The notes under the pieces are model-generated. The model was not told the DNA's origin. It worked only from the letters and a program-made list of their open reading frames with translations, and searched no databases. This document shows, one piece after another, positions 16,962 through 20,000 of a stretch of DNA of 20,000 nucleotides (its first letter is position 1; each line of letters opens with the position of its first letter). The DNA lies in IMG/VR virus record IMGVR_UViG_3300002835_000135, one strand, 5' to 3'. Position numbers and translations under genes: made by a program. The stretch is from an uncultured virus (IMG/VR IMGVR_UViG_3300002835_000135) (lineage: Duplodnaviria > Heunggongvirae > Uroviricota > Caudoviricetes).

Positions 16962-17225
16962 TTATTGTGGTGAAAGGGGAACGTTCAATGGTTCACCTTG
17001 TCTATTTGAAAATATATCTGTTTTATTCATAAAATGAGCGCAATTATTGTACACCATTTTAGCAATTCCTAACGCATCCCATTCAGGGTCGTTCTTAGCA
17101 TTATTTATTTTACTAATCAAAACATCTACCAAATCAGCTTTATCGTTAGCTACAGCTTGTTCATTTAATACATTCTTAATAATTCTGTGTAAATCAGATG
17201 TTGTTATTTTAATATTCTTTTTCAT
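16962..17225 (-). CDS. Small hypothetical protein with leader
   Basis: 87 aa. Leader MKKNIKITTSDLHRIIKNVLNEQ. TATTTATA motif at 17241-17248. Confidence 0.8.
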   Translation of the reverse strand: MKKNIKITTSDLHRIIKNVLNEQAVANDKADLVDVLISKINNAKNDPEWDALGIAKMVYNNCAHFMNKTDIFSNRQGEPLNVPLSPQ

Positions 17226-17250
17226 TATAAATTGTTTACGTATAAATATC

Positions 17251-17421
17251 TTATTTAAAAAACGAAAAACCCTTTTTACGGTTCTTCTGGATTATTTCCC
17301 CAATTTTAACCCTCATCAAATCTTCATTCTTCTCAGGGGTCATTTTATTTTTGGACCATTCATTATTCAGGGCTTCCCCCGCCTTTTTGATTGCTTCGGC
17401 TTTATCTTTGCGTTTGTTCAT
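17251..17421 (-). CDS. Small basic hypothetical protein (56 aa)
   Basis: Not in the ORF track. MNKRKDKAEAIKKAGEALNNEWSKNKMTPEKNEDLMRVKIGEIIQKNRKKGFSFFK*. TATTTATA motif at 17426-17433. Confidence 0.7.
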   Translation of the reverse strand: MNKRKDKAEAIKKAGEALNNEWSKNKMTPEKNEDLMRVKIGEIIQKNRKKGFSFFK

Positions 17422-17483
17422 ATGTTATAAATATATTAAAAGTTTAAGTTTGCGTATCACGGGGTAAACCGGCATACAAGGTT

Positions 17484-18251
17484 CTAAACATTCTGATCTA
17501 CGAATCCAAAACATACATTACAGTAATTTTCAGATTCGGTGTAGTTAAAAGTTACAGTAGTTACCGTACCGTCTATACGAATAATCGCATATCCTTCATT
17601 TCCCGTAAGTTGGGTGTATTGAGTGGCGTTTACCGGATTCTGATAAGTTACATCAGTTCCAAAAATTGGTGTAAATGGTGCCGATACTTCAATTGGTACA
17701 AATAAACCTCCATTACCAATACTTGAAAATGCCACTAACGCATCGGTAACCGGTTCACTAAATGTTGCGGTAAATGTACCACTATTAAGATTTTGAATTT
17801 GATTACCTGTAAATGGTATACCGTACTCTTCAGGGAACACGGTTGGGTTGAAAACTCCATTTGTTGCACCCATACCACCTCCACTTTGTGTAACCGAAAG
17901 AGTAATGCCGTTTTGACCTATACCAGATGCGGTTGATTCGGTAACTGAGTTAATGGTCATCCATTGGAATCCTGAACTACCGAAAGTTGGGGTTGGAGTC
18001 GGACTAGGTGTTGGAATACCGAACCAACTAATAATATAAGTTACATAAGAACCCATATGATTTGTTGTCTTTGTAACAAAATAACCATATGTGTTAATTA
18101 AAATTGACATCATGTTATCGTTCATATATGCGGAATCCACAAATATTTCATACGACCCTTTATCGACAGCACTTAACACTAAGTCGTTTATGTGACTTAA
18201 TGAATCTATTGTTGATTGACTATCTATTTCCGAGTTTGTGGATACCTCCAT
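17484..18251 (-). CDS. Putative virion-surface/structural protein: small N-domain, Pro-Thr linker, beta-rich C-domain
   Basis: PTPSPTPTPT linker followed by a T/G/N/F-rich beta-strand-like domain. No Lys-rich leader. TATTTATA motif at 18267-18274. Confidence 0.55.
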   Translation of the reverse strand: MEVSTNSEIDSQSTIDSLSHINDLVLSAVDKGSYEIFVDSAYMNDNMMSILINTYGYFVTKTTNHMGSYVTYIISWFGIPTPSPTPTPTFGSSGFQWMTINSVTESTASGIGQNGITLSVTQSGGGMGATNGVFNPTVFPEEYGIPFTGNQIQNLNSGTFTATFSEPVTDALVAFSSIGNGGLFVPIEVSAPFTPIFGTDVTYQNPVNATQYTQLTGNEGYAIIRIDGTVTTVTFNYTESENYCNVCFGFVDQNV

Positions 18252-18347
18252 TATATTCTATTTCTTTATAAATATCCTGAAAAAATTCCCAAAATTTTTT
18301 TTTCTAAAATGGGGGTGAAGTCCGATTTTCAAGATTTTTTCCGGAAA

Positions 18348-19442
18348 TCATTTTTTATTTGAACGCCTTCTTTGGTTTTTATTTTGTTCGGATATTGTAG
18401 CCCATCTCATATTTGAGATTTCATACATACCATCATTGTCGATTCTATCTAAGGAATGTTCTGGACTTGGTTGTGAACCCAATATATTATGTATATCATT
18501 ATAATAGTTTTCTACTCCAACACCATTGGATTCTAACCACCTATCACATATGGTTATTCCTCTACCACCATAATCTTTGTAACGTGAACATTTTACGTTA
18601 CAACAACGTTTAACCATACTTCTCCATTTATCATACCATTTTCTACCATACTTTGTTGACATCCCGTGAGTACTCGATTTTTCTCGTTGAAGACATCCAC
18701 AAGAGTTAGTTTTGTATAAAGCACCAATGGTTATTGTTTTAATAGTGCCGCACGAACATTGAACTTTAAATTTTTTTTCTTTCCCTTTTCCGTCAACTTC
18801 TAAAATGGTTAATTTACCCTTAGTATAACCAGGAATATATATTGTTAATTTTTTATTTTTTTCAAGTTCTAATCTCATTAATCTATATTCTTCCATTTTT
18901 TCTAACCATAATTCTTTTTTAATGGATTTCTCTAAACGTTTTTGTTCAGCAATCTCCATTCTCTTTCTAAAACCACAACCACAATCTTTAATAGGATTTT
19001 TTATTGCGGTCAATTCATTACTTGGAACTAATCTAGTTCCACCACATTCACATTGACAAAGATAAAGTTTTCTATTAGCGCTTCGACCCTTTTTATAGCC
19101 AGCAACTTCTATCACAGTTAGTTTATTGTATGCTTTACCAATGGTTATATGTGTAATTTTTTTTCTTTCTATATTATGCTTATCTAAAACTCTTTTAATA
19201 ATAGTATCACCTACATTTAAATCTTCTTCCACTTTTTCAACAGTTCCTAATTTAATATAACAATCAATAATTGTTTGATCGTCATATTTTATGTGTTCAC
19301 CATAAACTTCAATATTATTTTTTCTTATTATTTTCAGCACTGTCGGTCCAGATAAACCAAATTCAACACCAGTTTTTTTTGCGTTTTTACTCTGTTGGTA
19401 ATGTTGAATTAATTTTTTTATATCTATGTTCTGAGTTTTCAT
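18348..19442 (-). CDS. Free-standing HNH homing-type endonuclease
   Basis: Two KLT(V/I)...C.CG...CGC Zn modules, then W.SM.KRC...YKDYGGRGITICDRW...SLDRIDNDGMYEISNMRWAT..EQNKN. N-terminal HTH-like repeats. Confidence 0.88.
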   Translation of the reverse strand: MKTQNIDIKKLIQHYQQSKNAKKTGVEFGLSGPTVLKIIRKNNIEVYGEHIKYDDQTIIDCYIKLGTVEKVEEDLNVGDTIIKRVLDKHNIERKKITHITIGKAYNKLTVIEVAGYKKGRSANRKLYLCQCECGGTRLVPSNELTAIKNPIKDCGCGFRKRMEIAEQKRLEKSIKKELWLEKMEEYRLMRLELEKNKKLTIYIPGYTKGKLTILEVDGKGKEKKFKVQCSCGTIKTITIGALYKTNSCGCLQREKSSTHGMSTKYGRKWYDKWRSMVKRCCNVKCSRYKDYGGRGITICDRWLESNGVGVENYYNDIHNILGSQPSPEHSLDRIDNDGMYEISNMRWATISEQNKNQRRRSNKK

Positions 19443-19565
19443 AAAATTTTGGAAAATTTTTATTTTAAATTTACTAAAAAAAGTCCATTTTTCAAAAAAA
19501 TTTTGGAAAAATTCGAATCGGAGTATTGTCCCCCCTATTGAGGGGCCGGTTTTTGCCTTATTTAA

Positions 19566-19620
19566 GGGGGGATACGGCAGTGGGGGTGGGGGGCAGGGGT
19601 ACTCCCAGAGTGGTGGGTGG
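19566..19620 (+). other. G-tract cluster (potential G-quadruplex) in non-coding strand-switch region
   Basis: G6-N10-G5-T-G6-CA-G4, then TGGTGGGTGG, in an otherwise AT-rich sequence. Confidence 0.6.
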
Positions 19621-19691
19621 ATCTATACAATAAAAAATCGACATAACCAAATTTATTTTTTTAATTATTTTATTCTTTATTTTAATATTGT

Positions 19692-19724
19692 TTTGTTTAT
19701 ATCAATAATTTATTCTTATCTTTG
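19692..19724 (+). promoter_or_regulatory. Bacteroidota-type housekeeping promoter (-33 TTTG / -7 TAnnTTTG)
   Basis: TTTG (19692-19695), 21-nt spacer, TATCTTTG (19717-19724), upstream of the ORF at 19766. Confidence 0.75.
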
Positions 19725-19765
19725 CAGTGCGAACGAATCGCAAGAAAAAATTATCTAACTTTAAA

Positions 19766-20000
19766 ATGCTAAAAAAAATGAAAGCAGAAAAAATGAATGT
19801 CGAAATTTTACCTTTTGAATTGGTAGAAAAATTAATGGCTTTAAAAGGTCATCCGTTTGGTCAAGTTAAATTCTTTGGCGAGTACGAGGGATTGAGTGGT
19901 GGCAAAAAAACTTTGGCTTTATTCGGTGGTAAAGTGTACAAGTTTTTTAGGGCGGTTGCAATGACTAATGTGCAATACGAAAATGCAGTAAACAATCGCT
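19766..20000 (+). CDS. Hypothetical protein, probable early gene (truncated by window end)
   Basis: ATG at 19766 (or 19778) reads MLKKMKAEKMNVEILPFELVEKLMALKGHPFGQVKF...YENAVNNR and stays open to the end. No [LIV]xE-type leader. Confidence 0.75.
   Translation, partial: MLKKMKAEKMNVEILPFELVEKLMALKGHPFGQVKFFGEYEGLSGGKKTLALFGGKVYKFFRAVAMTNVQYENAVNNR

Noticed and set aside
746..18274. Calling the TATAAATA copies T4-type late promoters
   Set aside because: They are consistently on the non-coding strand relative to the adjacent start codons. The sense-strand motif is TATTTATA, so a direct T4 gp55 promoter call is not supported.
3025..18613. Short overlapping or antisense ORFs in the track (3025, 3472, 5842, 7258, 8298, 8793, 10997, 11277, 11632, 12777, 14584, 14586, 15124, 17047, 18413)
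   Set aside because: They lie within or opposite longer, well-supported genes, have atypical composition and lack leader or promoter motifs. They are shadow ORFs.
18348..19442. HNH embedded in a group I intron or intein
   Set aside because: The flanks are A/T-tract non-coding DNA with no interrupted host gene or recognisable intron core.
1..20000. Alternative genetic code (stop-codon reassignment)
   Set aside because: Code 11 gives near-complete coding density. TAG (13598, 17484) and TGA (18348) act as ordinary stops at gene boundaries.

Overview
AT-rich, gene-dense segment that looks like a large (jumbo-type) tailed phage genome. The host is probably Bacteroidota: there is a good TTTG-N21-TAnnTTTG promoter at 19692-19724 and I see no Shine-Dalgarno motifs. 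No core capsid, terminase or polymerase gene is present, so phage identity is inferred. I count 26 CDSs, two of them truncated by the window edges. Twenty begin with a short Lys-rich amphipathic leader ending in [L/I/V]-x-E, resembling the T4 capsid-targeting sequence and prohead-protease site. The leaders are fused to unrelated cargo: a 2H-phosphoesterase/HAD fusion, PcfJ-like domains, a GNAT, a ParB/Srx-like domain, OmpA-like, pre-toxin-TG-like and alpha/beta-hydrolase-like domains, a zinc ribbon and acidic proteins. Most transcription units are preceded by a conserved sense-strand (A)TATTTAT(A) motif, and several end in intrinsic terminators. The array ends at a free-standing HNH endonuclease, followed by an A-tract/G-tract non-coding block where strand and promoter type switch. 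A three-hairpin element sits at 9401-9489. All domain calls are by-eye motif recognition, not database hits.
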